A DNA stretch of 58,242 nucleotides. Origin: an uncultured Gammaproteobacteria bacterium. Its GTDB lineage: Bacteria; Patescibacteriota; Microgenomatia; JAMCZE01. The DNA is taken from assembly GCA_964431075.1 (NCBI GenBank), contig CAYSID010000002.1, forward strand, positions 1 through 58,242, read 5' to 3'. Position 1 is the stretch's first letter, and each line of letters opens with the position of its first letter. The position numbers were made by a program, and so were the translations under genes. The notes beneath the pieces are model-generated. The model was not told the DNA's origin. It saw nothing but the letters and a program-made list of their open reading frames with translations, and made no database searches. Positions 9,036 to 17,789 of this stretch are shown here, one piece after another.

Positions 9036-10217
9036 TCATCTCATTTGGAATCTAACCCCGCCGCCCCCGAATCCGCCAAAAACGGAAGTAGTTTGTTTTG
9101 GAGCCGCCGTCGGATTGCTCGATCCCGTAATTACTTCATCATCTTCAGTTAAGCCGGCAAGAATTTCTGCTTCTGTTGAGGATTCAAGACCAACTTCAAT
9201 AGTCACGGTTTCTGGTTTGCCATTTTTTAAAACCTGAACCGTGTTATTAGTCAATGCCGAAACCGGAATTGTCAGGACGTCGTTTTTGGAAGCGGTAATA
9301 ATATTGGCGGTTGCGGACATATTTGTTAAGATCTCCGGCGATGTCACGTCGAGTTTAATGACCGCCGGATAGGTTGTGACGTTTGAGCTGACAGAGCCGA
9401 CAGTGTCAACGCTGATGACCTTGCCGGTGTATGTTTTATCGGGAAACGCTCCAAGAGTAACCGTAACAAGATTGCCGACCCTGACACTGGGAACATCTGT
9501 CTCGCTCAGCGACACAGTTACCGTTGGGGTGGCTTCAGTGACAACCGAGGCAATTTTTTGCGCCGTTGACCCGCCGGAGGAATTTGATTGAGCGGTGACA
9601 ACCGATCCAATTTGCAACCCGAAACCGGTAATTACTCCAGCGATCGGGGCGTAAATTGTTGGTGAGGCCTGCAGGTACGACAAATAGCTTTGGGTAATGT
9701 TGTTTTGGGCGTTTTTGTAGGCCGCCTCGGCCGAAAGCCAATCATCCTGGGCTATCATAAAAGCCGGTAATTGTCGAAAATCGGTTTTTGGGGATCCGTC
9801 GGAATTTTGATAAGTTCCTGATTGGGCCAATTTCATATAACTATCCCATTTGGCAAGCATCGCTGACTGTAAAGAATAGAGACTGTTTTGGGCGCTTTGG
9901 TAATTACTTAAGGCTTGGGAATAACGCTGTTGGCCTTCAATGTCTAAAGTTAAAACGGCAATCGGTTGGCCGGCGGTAACTTTTTGTCCGTTTTCCACCA
10001 GAATTTTGTCGATTACTCCCGAGGCTTCGGTTGTTACTTCGGCAGAATTAGCGGTGGAAACGGAGCCCGTAGCGGAAACGCTGACAATCAAAGAACCCCG
10101 TTCCGGTTTAACCGTTTGATAAATTATTTTTTTAGAGCTACCGCCGGATAATTTAAGAAAAACCGCTCCGGCCAAAACCAGAATTATTACCCCGATAACA
10201 ATAAATTTTCTACGCAT
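9036..10217 (-). CDS. efflux periplasmic adaptor subunit (HlyD/MacA family)
   Basis: 393 aa. N-terminal TM, lipoyl-like hairpin ([23 protein letters not shown]...APIAGVITG), beta-barrel C-terminus and a Gly-rich tail. Confidence 0.85.
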   Translation of the reverse strand: MRRKFIVIGVIILVLAGAVFLKLSGGSSKKIIYQTVKPERGSLIVSVSATGSVSTANSAEVTTEASGVIDKILVENGQKVTAGQPIAVLTLDIEGQQRYSQALSNYQSAQNSLYSLQSAMLAKWDSYMKLAQSGTYQNSDGSPKTDFRQLPAFMIAQDDWLSAEAAYKNAQNNITQSYLSYLQASPTIYAPIAGVITGFGLQIGSVVTAQSNSSGGSTAQKIASVVTEATPTVTVSLSETDVPSVRVGNLVTVTLGAFPDKTYTGKVISVDTVGSVSSNVTTYPAVIKLDVTSPEILTNMSATANIITASKNDVLTIPVSALTNNTVQVLKNGKPETVTIEVGLESSTEAEILAGLTEDDEVITGSSNPTAAPKQTTSVFGGFGGGGVRFQMR

Positions 10218-11172
10218 GAAAAGTTACCGTAAAGATTGTACCAGCCTCTTCCTGACTTTTTACTGTAATGTTGCCATTATGCGCTTTAACGATTTCTTTG
10301 GCAATAGCAAGCCCCAAACCAAAACCATTCCGACTTCGTGATTTTTCTGCCCGGTAGAAACGATCAAAAATATACGGCAAATCTTTTTCATCAATTCCGA
10401 CACCATGATCCTCAATCATAAACACATTATTAGCCAAATTAACAATAATTTTTTCCCCCGCGGGACTGTATTTAATCGCATTGTCTAAAAGAATTACAAC
10501 TAACTCTATTAAATTATTTTTGTCACCAATAACCGTTGAGTCTTTTAAGTTTTTAATTATTTTAATTTCTTTTTTTTTGGCTAACGGGGCAATTTTTTTA
10601 ATGGCTTCATTGACGATATCTTTTAAATTTATGTCGGTTAGGTTTAGTATCGGTTTTTGAAACTTTGCAAGTTTTAAAAGTGATTCGGATAAAAATTGCA
10701 GTTTATTCACTTCGGTGACGCTATCTTTGATAATTGATTTCGCTTCTGCCAGCGTCCCGGTTTTGTCTCTAAGGTAGACTTCAAAGGCTGTTTTTAAGGA
10801 CGTTAGCGGGGTTTTTAATTCGTGAGAGGCGTCGGAGATGAAGCGATTTTGTTCTTCAACCATGTCCTTTATCGGTTTTAGGGTCCTTCCGGCAAGAAGA
10901 TACCCGAATCCCCCCGAGGTTACTAAAATAATCGAGTTGATGATTATCAATGTGTATAAAACCCGCTGTTTTGTTTCGTCGAGGAGGTCGAGCATTGGCG
11001 ATGGGGGGGTCGGAATCAGGAAACGCCGTTCAAATCTTTGGCGCTGCATTCGTTCAAACCGCTCGACTTCATCGGAATATGATTTATAGATTATCGCGGA
11101 GAAGGACAGGCTCACCAGCATAATGATTAACAGGTACCAGGCGGTGAGTTTTAATCTTGTTTTGGTAAACAT
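10210..11172 (-). CDS. sensor histidine kinase
   Basis: Two TM helices. H box [12 protein letters not shown] box [10 protein letters not shown] boxes DHGVGI and [11 protein letters not shown]. Confidence 0.92.
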   Translation of the reverse strand: MFTKTRLKLTAWYLLIIMLVSLSFSAIIYKSYSDEVERFERMQRQRFERRFLIPTPPSPMLDLLDETKQRVLYTLIIINSIILVTSGGFGYLLAGRTLKPIKDMVEEQNRFISDASHELKTPLTSLKTAFEVYLRDKTGTLAEAKSIIKDSVTEVNKLQFLSESLLKLAKFQKPILNLTDINLKDIVNEAIKKIAPLAKKKEIKIIKNLKDSTVIGDKNNLIELVVILLDNAIKYSPAGEKIIVNLANNVFMIEDHGVGIDEKDLPYIFDRFYRAEKSRSRNGFGLGLAIAKEIVKAHNGNITVKSQEEAGTIFTVTFHA

Positions 11173-11771
11173 AAGCGGTAGCCAAAACCTCTAACAGTTT
11201 CAATCTTCAGGTCTTTGACTTTTTTTCTGATTTTCTTTATGTAAACTTCGACGGTGTTGGGTAAAATATCCGCGTCGTAATTCCAGACGTGGGCCATAAT
11301 CTGGCCTTTGGAAATAATTTTGTTGGGATTGCGAAGTAAATATTCCAGCAGCGAGAATTCTTTTCTTGACAAATTATATTTTTCCAAATTTTCATTGTCA
11401 GAAATTATTTGGTTTGGCCGCCTTATCAGGGCTCTAATTCTTGCCAATAATTCTTCGAACGAAAACGGTTTTGTTAAATAGTCATCGGCGCCGGAATCGA
11501 GTCCGGTAATTTTATCTTCGACTTGAGATTTAGCTGTCAACATCAATATCGGCACATGATTTTTATGATCACGGAGACTTTTGCAAATTTCCAGGCCGTC
11601 CATTTCCGAAAGCATCAAATCAAGAATGATCAGATCATAATCTTCCGTTGAGGCAAGATCGTAGCCAGTTATGCCGTCATGGGCGACATCGACCGCGTAG
11701 CGCTCCATTTCCAGGCCTTTTTTTATCGCTGTTGCCACCCTGTGTTCGTCTTCCACCACAAGGATTCTCAT
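11151..11771 (-). CDS. OmpR-family response regulator
   Basis: MRILVVEDE...[14 protein letters not shown]...LTAK receiver domain plus a winged-helix C-terminus ([12 protein letters not shown]...[10 protein letters not shown]). The track ORF is over-extended to 11924; the Met at 11771 gives the canonical N-terminus. Confidence 0.9.
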   Translation of the reverse strand: MRILVVEDEHRVATAIKKGLEMERYAVDVAHDGITGYDLASTEDYDLIILDLMLSEMDGLEICKSLRDHKNHVPILMLTAKSQVEDKITGLDSGADDYLTKPFSFEELLARIRALIRRPNQIISDNENLEKYNLSRKEFSLLEYLLRNPNKIISKGQIMAHVWNYDADILPNTVEVYIKKIRKKVKDLKIETVRGFGYRLCLPKQD

Positions 11772-11830
11772 AACCTGATTATACGCCGGAGGCTGAATTA
11801 TTGCTGAATGTGCTAAAATCGGGATTACCG

Positions 11831-12439
11831 ATGTTTGAAGTAATTTTTGACTGCGAGACGAAGAAGTTTTTTGACGACACTGGGACTTCGGATCCGGGAG
11901 ATTTGGGAGTATCCATTGTTTCAATGTATGTCAGGGAGGTGAATAATTACGGCGACGAAATAAGCGGACAGATGATGAGCTATTGGGAAGGAGAGTTTGA
12001 AAAAATGTGGAAATATTTTTTCCAGGCCGATCGGATTATTGGTTTTAATTCCATCCATTTTGATGTCGCCGCCTTAAAACCCTATGCCCCGGCGGGATTT
12101 TCCAAATTGCCGCATTTTGATATTTTGGAAAAGTTGCGCGATGTTTCCGGAAAAAGAGTTGGATTAAATGCGGTCGCTCGGGACACGTTGGGGGAAGAGA
12201 AAAATGATCACGGATCTAACGCCATAAAATATTATTTGGCCGGCGACGGGGAAAGCCTTGCAAAACTTAAAAAATACTGCGAGATGGATGTGGAGATAAC
12301 CAAAAAAATTTACGATTTCGGAGTCAAAAAAAAATTCTTAAAATACACTGATTTTTGGAACGATCCCCACACCGTCACTGTCGATTTTTCCTACCCCCTT
12401 GGCTTTACCCCATCTGATAAACAGGAGAGTTTGTTTTAG
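11831..12439 (+). CDS. RNase H-like DEDD-type 3'-5' exonuclease domain protein
   Basis: MFEVIFDCET (Exo I DxE), IGFNSIHFD (Exo II) and YCEMDVEIT (Exo III YxxxD). I start at the ATG at 11831 rather than the TTG at 11801. Confidence 0.7.
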   Translation: MFEVIFDCETKKFFDDTGTSDPGDLGVSIVSMYVREVNNYGDEISGQMMSYWEGEFEKMWKYFFQADRIIGFNSIHFDVAALKPYAPAGFSKLPHFDILEKLRDVSGKRVGLNAVARDTLGEEKNDHGSNAIKYYLAGDGESLAKLKKYCEMDVEITKKIYDFGVKKKFLKYTDFWNDPHTVTVDFSYPLGFTPSDKQESLF

Positions 12440-12448
12440 TTTTAAGTG

Positions 12449-12488
12449 GTGTCATTGCGAGGAGTGAAACGACGAAGCAATCTTCTAG
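12449..12488 (+). repeat. short repeat family, copy A (GTGTCATTGCGAG...GAAGCAATCTTCTAG, with an internal insertion)
   Basis: Shares GTCATTGCGAG and GAAGCAATCTT with the copies at 12795, 14035 and 54264. Confidence 0.8.
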
Positions 12489-12514
12489 TGGAATAATTTA
12501 ATTGTATAATCTTC

Positions 12515-12781
12515 TCAGCTGGGATTTAATTGAGTTACCAAATTAAGTTTTTTCTGGCGTGACCCCGCCTTTAATTGTTTTTCTCTTTTGATCGCCTCAG
12601 TTATTTCTGAAAAAACTTCAAAATAAACCAATTTATTTACTTAATATTTTGTTGTAAATTTTGATCCTATGCCACCTAAACGGCAAATTGCCCTGGTGTA
12701 TAAGTTATTTGTTACACCAACATAAAGAACTTTATTATTCCAATTTGTCATTATGTAGACGAAGTATTGATATTTATACAC
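12515..12781 (-). pseudogene. decayed GIY-YIG nuclease gene (in-frame TAA, degenerate catalytic motifs)
   Basis: My translation: VYKYQYFVYIMTNWNNKVLYVGVTNNLYTRAICRLGGIGSKFTTKY*VNKLVYFEVFSEITEAIKREKQLKAGSRQKKLNLVTQLNPS*. The GIY-YIG scaffold is clear. The R..EH motif is replaced by R..CR, there is an in-frame TAA at 12643-12641, and the C-terminus is truncated. Confidence 0.75.
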
Positions 12782-12794
12782 ACTTCAAGTATAA

Positions 12795-12822
12795 GATTGC
12801 TTCGCTTCGCTCGCAATGACAC
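12795..12822 (-). repeat. short repeat family, copy B (inverted relative to copy A)
   Basis: The reverse complement reads GTGTCATTGCGAGCGAAGCGAAGCAATC. Confidence 0.85.
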
Positions 12823-12834
12823 TGTATTGGGATA

Positions 12835-13164
12835 TCATTTCTTTGCTCTTTTGATCTCAGCTAATAATTCCCTTTTAATTTTTTTGGCTTGTAAAAAAAT
12901 TTCTTTTTCAATATCAATTTTTATCTCTTTTTTTAAATAATCAAGCAAGGCCTTGTCATGCGGGGCGGCATGAAATTTGGTCAGAAAATGTTCATGTTTT
13001 TCTTTTGGCAGGTGGGTCAGAATCGTGTTTAAAACTTCATGATGAACCGTTTGGTCAACAAGCGAAAGCAGCTCCGACTTTTCATCAGATGATAGTTGAT
13101 AACTGTTGAGTTCTGTTTCTATTTCCTCAACAATTGTTATTTGATCGTAAAAAATTTTAGACAT
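12835..13164 (-). CDS. hypothetical protein
   Basis: 109 aa, overlaps the upstream gene by 8 nt. Helical, charged, no motif recognised. Confidence 0.5.
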   Translation of the reverse strand: MSKIFYDQITIVEEIETELNSYQLSSDEKSELLSLVDQTVHHEVLNTILTHLPKEKHEHFLTKFHAAPHDKALLDYLKKEIKIDIEKEIFLQAKKIKRELLAEIKRAKK

Positions 13165-14011
13165 GATTAGTTTTAGTATACTCTACTGGTCCAAGCGGCA
13201 ACAACTGTTGCGGGTCATCAAGAAAAAATAAGATTACCGGGCCTTTTTGTTTGCCAACGTTCAATTTTAGATGGGCCATCACTTCCGGACTGCCGCCGAA
13301 ATGTTTCCCGGTCCACCAGGATGGCCCGGCATCAGCAATGGCGGCAATTATAGCTTTACCGTTGACGGGGTTTATTACCAAACAGCGGCGGTGCTTGTAC
13401 CATCTTGAAAGCTGTCTGGTGTTGGTGTTCCAGTCGGGGAGATACAAAGTTTGAACGGCCAAATAATATTTTTCGATCTCCGGAGGAACATAGCCCCAAC
13501 CCCCAAGCCCCGGGGCCATATTGGGAACATTATCTCCGGGGAATCTTGCCAGATGTTGTTCAGCGCCGATATTCCCGTAGGTCTGATTTAGATGATTGTT
13601 TTCTAAAATGGCCACGGCATTTATGCCTAGAATTTTTTTAATGCGTTTAGAAATTTCTTCTTCTTGGGGGATTGTTAATGGCTGAACAAACGGCGGTAAG
13701 ACTTCCCGCAAACTGGCGGCCAACTCAATTTCTTTATTGGCGTAATAATCCGCCTCTTCGACGGGAGTGATGATGTGTTGAGGGATAGGGAGAGCTGACG
13801 GCGCGGTTAGTAATAATGTTCCGGCGAGAGCGCTGGAGGATAAAAGCTTCAAAGCATGGTCCCTTATTTTTCCGGGTCGCAGCTGGACTTTTTCAAAAAA
13901 CTCTTTAGCTGTCGCATGAGCTTCTAATAACTTTTTCTCCGACCCAAACACCCGCAACTTCAACCTATTTCTTAATGTTTCCGTGTCTAATTGATTTTTT
14001 TGCCCCGCCAC
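13157..14011 (-). CDS. hypothetical protein (probably exported)
   Basis: 284 aa. Internal hydrophobic segment LLSSSALAGTLLLTAPSAL. The conserved-looking C-terminal block GWGYVPPE...INPVNGKAIIAAIADAGPSWWTGKHFGGSPEVM could not be assigned to a family. Confidence 0.6.
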   Translation of the reverse strand: MAGQKNQLDTETLRNRLKLRVFGSEKKLLEAHATAKEFFEKVQLRPGKIRDHALKLLSSSALAGTLLLTAPSALPIPQHIITPVEEADYYANKEIELAASLREVLPPFVQPLTIPQEEEISKRIKKILGINAVAILENNHLNQTYGNIGAEQHLARFPGDNVPNMAPGLGGWGYVPPEIEKYYLAVQTLYLPDWNTNTRQLSRWYKHRRCLVINPVNGKAIIAAIADAGPSWWTGKHFGGSPEVMAHLKLNVGKQKGPVILFFLDDPQQLLPLGPVEYTKTNHV

Positions 14012-14034
14012 AAATTAATTGTACAACATCCCTT

Positions 14035-14071
14035 GTTGTCATTGCGAGCAAAGCGAAGCAATCTTTTCTAG
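14035..14071 (+). repeat. short repeat family, copy C
   Basis: GTTGTCATTGCGAGCAAAGCGAAGCAATCTTTTCTAG, in the gap between two minus-strand genes. Confidence 0.85.
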
Positions 14072-14105
14072 ATTGTCCCTAAGCCATTATCAAGCCGAGG
14101 GTTTA

Positions 14106-15464
14106 CTAGCTCAAACGGGATAAGGTTTCCTCTTTTCCTAAAACAACCATGACATCCCACAATGGGGGCGTGGCGGATTTGCCGGTGATGGCAAGGCGAA
14201 GGGTCATAAAATAGTCGCCGACCTTTATATTATTTTGGGCGCAAAATTTACGGGCCTCGGTTTCTAAAACTTTGCCATCAAACTCTTTTTCTAAAACCGC
14301 AACCGCATGCCCTAATACCTTGGTGTCTAACCAATTTTCCGCACGTGCGTTTTTTTGGTTAGGCTTTGAATAGAAATAATCAGTCAAGGAATCAAAATCT
14401 CTAAGAGTCACTAATCGATCGCGAACTAAAGGTATTAATTTCTCAAAATCTTTTTTATTGGTAAACGATTTTAATTTTCCAGCCAGTTCTTCATTCGATA
14501 GTTTTTTAATATATTGTTGATTAAACCAATTTAGTTTTTCAACATGAAACATCCCGTTGGCTTTTTGTAGCCCGTCAACATTAAAAGCTCTTACAAATTC
14601 GTCAATTGTAAAAAGTTCGCGATTGTCTTTTGGGGCCCAACCAACAAGCATAATATAATTTAAAATTGCCTCCGGCAAATACCCGGCATTGAGAAAATCT
14701 TCAGTCGAAACATTCCCCTTTCGTTTGGATAATTTTCCGCCGGCTGGGTCTAAAATATCTGTTAGATGTCCAATTTGCGGAATTTCATACCCTAAATATT
14801 TAAATAATAATAGGTGAATGGGAGTGCTGGGCAGCCATTCTAATGCTCTGATAATATGAGTCATCTTCATATCCGCGTCATCCACAACAACTCCCAATTG
14901 ATAAGTTGGGAAGCCGTCGGATTTTAAAAGCATGGCGTCGTCAACAAATTTTGTGTTCCATTTAATATTTTTTTTGACGACAAAATCATAAAAGGAAATT
15001 TCTTCATTGTCCGGAGTTTTTAACCGAATAGCGGGGATTTTACCAGCGGCAATTTTTTCGCTTATTTCTTTAGAGGTCAAATTACGGCAATTTAAATCGC
15101 GCATTTGCGAAACGCCTTTTTCGTGGGCTTCTTTTATTTCATCTTTTGATTGAGCTTTACAAAAGCAATAAAACGCGTGCCCGTCATCAACTAATTTATT
15201 GGCCGCATTTTTGTAGATATCTGTTTTCACCCGTTCTGACTGAATAAATGGCCCTTCATCCCAATTTATCCCAAACAGTTTCAATTGCCCGTATATTTTT
15301 TCTGTTGAACCTTGAACATACCGATTTCTATCTGTATCCTCGATTCGTAGAATAAATGTTCCATTTTGACTTTTGGCGAAGGCATAGGCGTAAAGTGCTG
15401 TCCGCAGGCTTCCAATGTGCATATAACCTGTTGGCGAGGGGGCAAAGCGGGTGCGAATTTGCAT
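14106..15464 (-). CDS. gltX: glutamate--tRNA ligase
   Basis: RFAPSPTGYMHIGSLRTALY (HIGH region) and KLSKRKG (KMSKS). 452 aa. Confidence 0.95.
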   Translation of the reverse strand: MQIRTRFAPSPTGYMHIGSLRTALYAYAFAKSQNGTFILRIEDTDRNRYVQGSTEKIYGQLKLFGINWDEGPFIQSERVKTDIYKNAANKLVDDGHAFYCFCKAQSKDEIKEAHEKGVSQMRDLNCRNLTSKEISEKIAAGKIPAIRLKTPDNEEISFYDFVVKKNIKWNTKFVDDAMLLKSDGFPTYQLGVVVDDADMKMTHIIRALEWLPSTPIHLLLFKYLGYEIPQIGHLTDILDPAGGKLSKRKGNVSTEDFLNAGYLPEAILNYIMLVGWAPKDNRELFTIDEFVRAFNVDGLQKANGMFHVEKLNWFNQQYIKKLSNEELAGKLKSFTNKKDFEKLIPLVRDRLVTLRDFDSLTDYFYSKPNQKNARAENWLDTKVLGHAVAVLEKEFDGKVLETEARKFCAQNNIKVGDYFMTLRLAITGKSATPPLWDVMVVLGKEETLSRLS

Positions 15465-15501
15465 GATTTGATTTTAACACAATTTAATTCATAATAGTTG
15501 T

Positions 15502-16584
15502 ATGGCGACTTTAACAGAAACGGCCTATTACACCAGAAAAGGCGTCAAAATTTTTATTGCCGCGATTATTGGCATTGTGGTTTTAAAAATTTTGTATGGC
15601 GTCGGCGTTCAGATTTGGCTTGCCTGGTTTCCTCCTCCGCCGCCGCCAGCTACCATGGCTTTTGGCCTTTTACCGAAAATTAAGTTTCCCAAAACAAATA
15701 TCTCCACCATGTCTGCCAGATTTACCTACCATCTGGAAACTGTTGACGGCAAATTACCGGCATTTCCGCAGAACTTACGGGTTTATTTTATTCCCAAGCC
15801 GGGTTCTTCGTTTGGGAAGGACGAACGAATGACGGCTCAAGCGGCCCAGCTTGGTTTTTTGGAAACGCCGGAGAAGATTTTTGGGACAACTGACAGTTGG
15901 CGCTTTAACGACCCGGTTTTGCCCTTGCGCCATTTGGAATACGACGCCACCACCAACCATTTTAAAGTCTTTTACGACTATCGGTTTGATTTAAACCTTT
16001 TTTCCGATAAAAGTTTTGCCTCCCAAGCCGAGATAGAAATCCAAGCCCGGGATTTTTTCGATGAGCTCGGACTTGAGTATCCGGATTTGGCGACGGGGTC
16101 AGTTAAAACCCGTTATTTTAAATTGGCCACCACAACTTTAGTTCCGACAACATCCCTGTTTGAAGCTGACGCCGTCTTGGTAAATCTTAACAGAGCCGCC
16201 ATTGTTGAGGGAAAGCTTATCTTTCCCGTGGTTGGCGCCGACCCTAATAAAACTAATGTTTCCGTTTTATTTTCCGGGTCTTTGGATAAGAGCAAGAAAA
16301 TTCTTGAGGCCAATTTTAATTACTCGGTCGTGGATTACGAAAACTATGCAACCTATCCGTCTCTGTCCGCGCAGGCGGCTTACGAGATGCTCGGCAGAGG
16401 TCAGGCTTTTGTCGCCTCGGTTCCGGCGGGAAATCCAAGGACTATAGCTGTTAGGCGGGTGGAAATTGGTTACTATGACGACCCGGAGGTTCAGAATTAT
16501 CTTCAACCGGTGGTGATTTTTTCTGACGGAAAAGGATTCACTGCCTATGTTCCCGCAGTCAGTCCAAGTCTTTTTGCTCCGTAA
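15502..16584 (+). CDS. membrane-anchored hypothetical protein
   Basis: 360 aa. N-terminal TM followed by a PPPPPP linker. No recognisable domain. Confidence 0.6.
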   Translation: MATLTETAYYTRKGVKIFIAAIIGIVVLKILYGVGVQIWLAWFPPPPPPATMAFGLLPKIKFPKTNISTMSARFTYHLETVDGKLPAFPQNLRVYFIPKPGSSFGKDERMTAQAAQLGFLETPEKIFGTTDSWRFNDPVLPLRHLEYDATTNHFKVFYDYRFDLNLFSDKSFASQAEIEIQARDFFDELGLEYPDLATGSVKTRYFKLATTTLVPTTSLFEADAVLVNLNRAAIVEGKLIFPVVGADPNKTNVSVLFSGSLDKSKKILEANFNYSVVDYENYATYPSLSAQAAYEMLGRGQAFVASVPAGNPRTIAVRRVEIGYYDDPEVQNYLQPVVIFSDGKGFTAYVPAVSPSLFAP

Positions 16585-17527
16585 GGCGAAAGTTTATAAA
16601 TCCCCAATTTAACAGGGCCGAAGCTTCCCCGAAACGGTCACGGCTGTTCAAAATCACAACCATTATTTTTCGCCTGTTTCTCTCAGCGGTGACTGCAAGA
16701 CATTGCCCCGCCAATTCTGTGTAGCCGGTTTTAACTCCATAGGTTCCCCAGTAAGAGGTAAGCAATTGATTAATGTTTTGTAAGGGGTAGCGGTGCAGGC
16801 CGGAAATGTCAAAGCTTAAGAACCAGTTGGTTTTGACAATTTGGGAAAGTAAGGGGTTCTCCAGGGCGGCCTTGGCCAAGAGAATTAGGTCGGCAACAGA
16901 GGAATAATGATCATCCCCGTCACGTCCGCTGGGGTTATTAAAATGGGTATGAAACATGTGCAGTTTGGCCGCCTTTTTGTTCATTGAGTTAATAAATTGT
17001 TCAAAACCGCCGGAAATATTATCCGCAAGGACAAAAGCAGCGTCATTTCCGGACGGCAACAACAGACCGTAAAGTAAATTTTTTACCGTCATTTGGTCGC
17101 CAAGTTTTAATCCCATTTTGGAGTCGCCGGAGATAATAACCAATTTACTGACGGTAATAATGTCATCGGGTTGGTAATAATCGAGAGCGACCAGAGCGGT
17201 CATGAGTTTGGTAAGGGAAGCCGGGCGCAATCTCTGATTGATATTTTTTTGAAACAACGGCACACCGGAGTTTAAATCAATTACCGCCGCGGCCGAAGCA
17301 GTCAGAAGCGGCGGCAAAACACCGGTTACTTTTACCGGATAAGGCGACGGGATAAAGTTGTCATAAGCGCTGGTTCTGACTTGCGGAGGGAAATATTTTA
17401 ACTGTAAAGTTTGATAATAATCCTGCCCCGGGAGCATGAAGAAAAATAACGCCGCTAGTCCCACCCCGATCCCTTGCCAAATTGTCAACCCCTTTTTAAT
17501 AATTTTATGTCTTTTATTCTTCTTCAC
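16559..17527 (-). CDS. D-alanyl-D-alanine carboxypeptidase (peptidase S11, low-MW PBP)
   Basis: SxxK (ASLTKLMT), SxN (SGND) and KTG (KTGYT) motifs with an N-terminal TM anchor. Confidence 0.88.
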   Translation of the reverse strand: MKKNKRHKIIKKGLTIWQGIGVGLAALFFFMLPGQDYYQTLQLKYFPPQVRTSAYDNFIPSPYPVKVTGVLPPLLTASAAAVIDLNSGVPLFQKNINQRLRPASLTKLMTALVALDYYQPDDIITVSKLVIISGDSKMGLKLGDQMTVKNLLYGLLLPSGNDAAFVLADNISGGFEQFINSMNKKAAKLHMFHTHFNNPSGRDGDDHYSSVADLILLAKAALENPLLSQIVKTNWFLSFDISGLHRYPLQNINQLLTSYWGTYGVKTGYTELAGQCLAVTAERNRRKIMVVILNSRDRFGEASALLNWGFINFRLTEQKDLD

Positions 17528-17569
17528 AAAATTATTTTACCTTAATTTGGGAATTTTTGGCGTTGAAGG

Positions 17570-17578
17570 TGGTATACT
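17570..17578 (+). promoter_or_regulatory. extended -10 promoter (TGgTATACT) for the downstream tRNA-like gene
   Basis: TGG + TATACT at 17570-17578. The predicted start, about 7 nt downstream, coincides with the first base-paired nucleotides of the tRNA-like RNA. Confidence 0.45.
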
Positions 17579-17586
17579 AATTTTGC

Positions 17587-17660
17587 ATGGGTCGCATCGG
17601 TATGGCTTCTAGTTTGTCAAGCTGGGTAGCGGGGGTTCGACTCCCCACGGGTCCATGCCA
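17587..17660 (+). tRNA. tRNA-Asp(GUC)-like gene with a non-canonical D-arm/T-stem geometry
   Basis: Canonical elements: anticodon arm CTAGT-TTGTCAA-GCTGG (17609-17625, anticodon GTC at 17616-17618); T loop TTCGACT flanked by GGGGG/CCCC; a 7-bp acceptor pairing ATGGGTC (17587-17593) with GGTCCAT (17650-17656), followed by G + CCA. Aberrant elements: the D region is only 15 nt (mini hairpin GCAT-CGGT-ATG), and the T stem needs a sixth base pair plus a bulged A. It may be a pseudogene. Confidence 0.4.
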
Positions 17661-17744
17661 CATTTAGCACTTGACAAGCGGGGAGAATTTTGCTAGCATA
17701 GTTTTGCTTGGCAAGCTAAGTCCGTACTGGTGTTACCCACTATG

Positions 17745-17765
17745 TCCCGCATCGGCGGGATTTTT
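17745..17765 (+). terminator. intrinsic terminator (TCCCGC-ATCG-GCGGGA + TTTTT)
   Basis: GC-rich 6-bp hairpin followed by a T5 run on the + strand only. It lies between the tRNA-like gene and the 3' end of aspS. Confidence 0.6.
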
Positions 17766-17789
17766 GGTGATCCAGTATTTTCCCTTAAT

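Noticed and set aside
17585-17660. Considered whether the tRNA-like element is the 3' tRNA-like domain of a (permuted) tmRNA.
   Set aside because: No matching 5' acceptor strand (GGACCCG-like), resume codon or tag ORF, or pseudoknot region fits in the ~130 nt available on either side. A bona fide anticodon arm is present, which tmRNA lacks.
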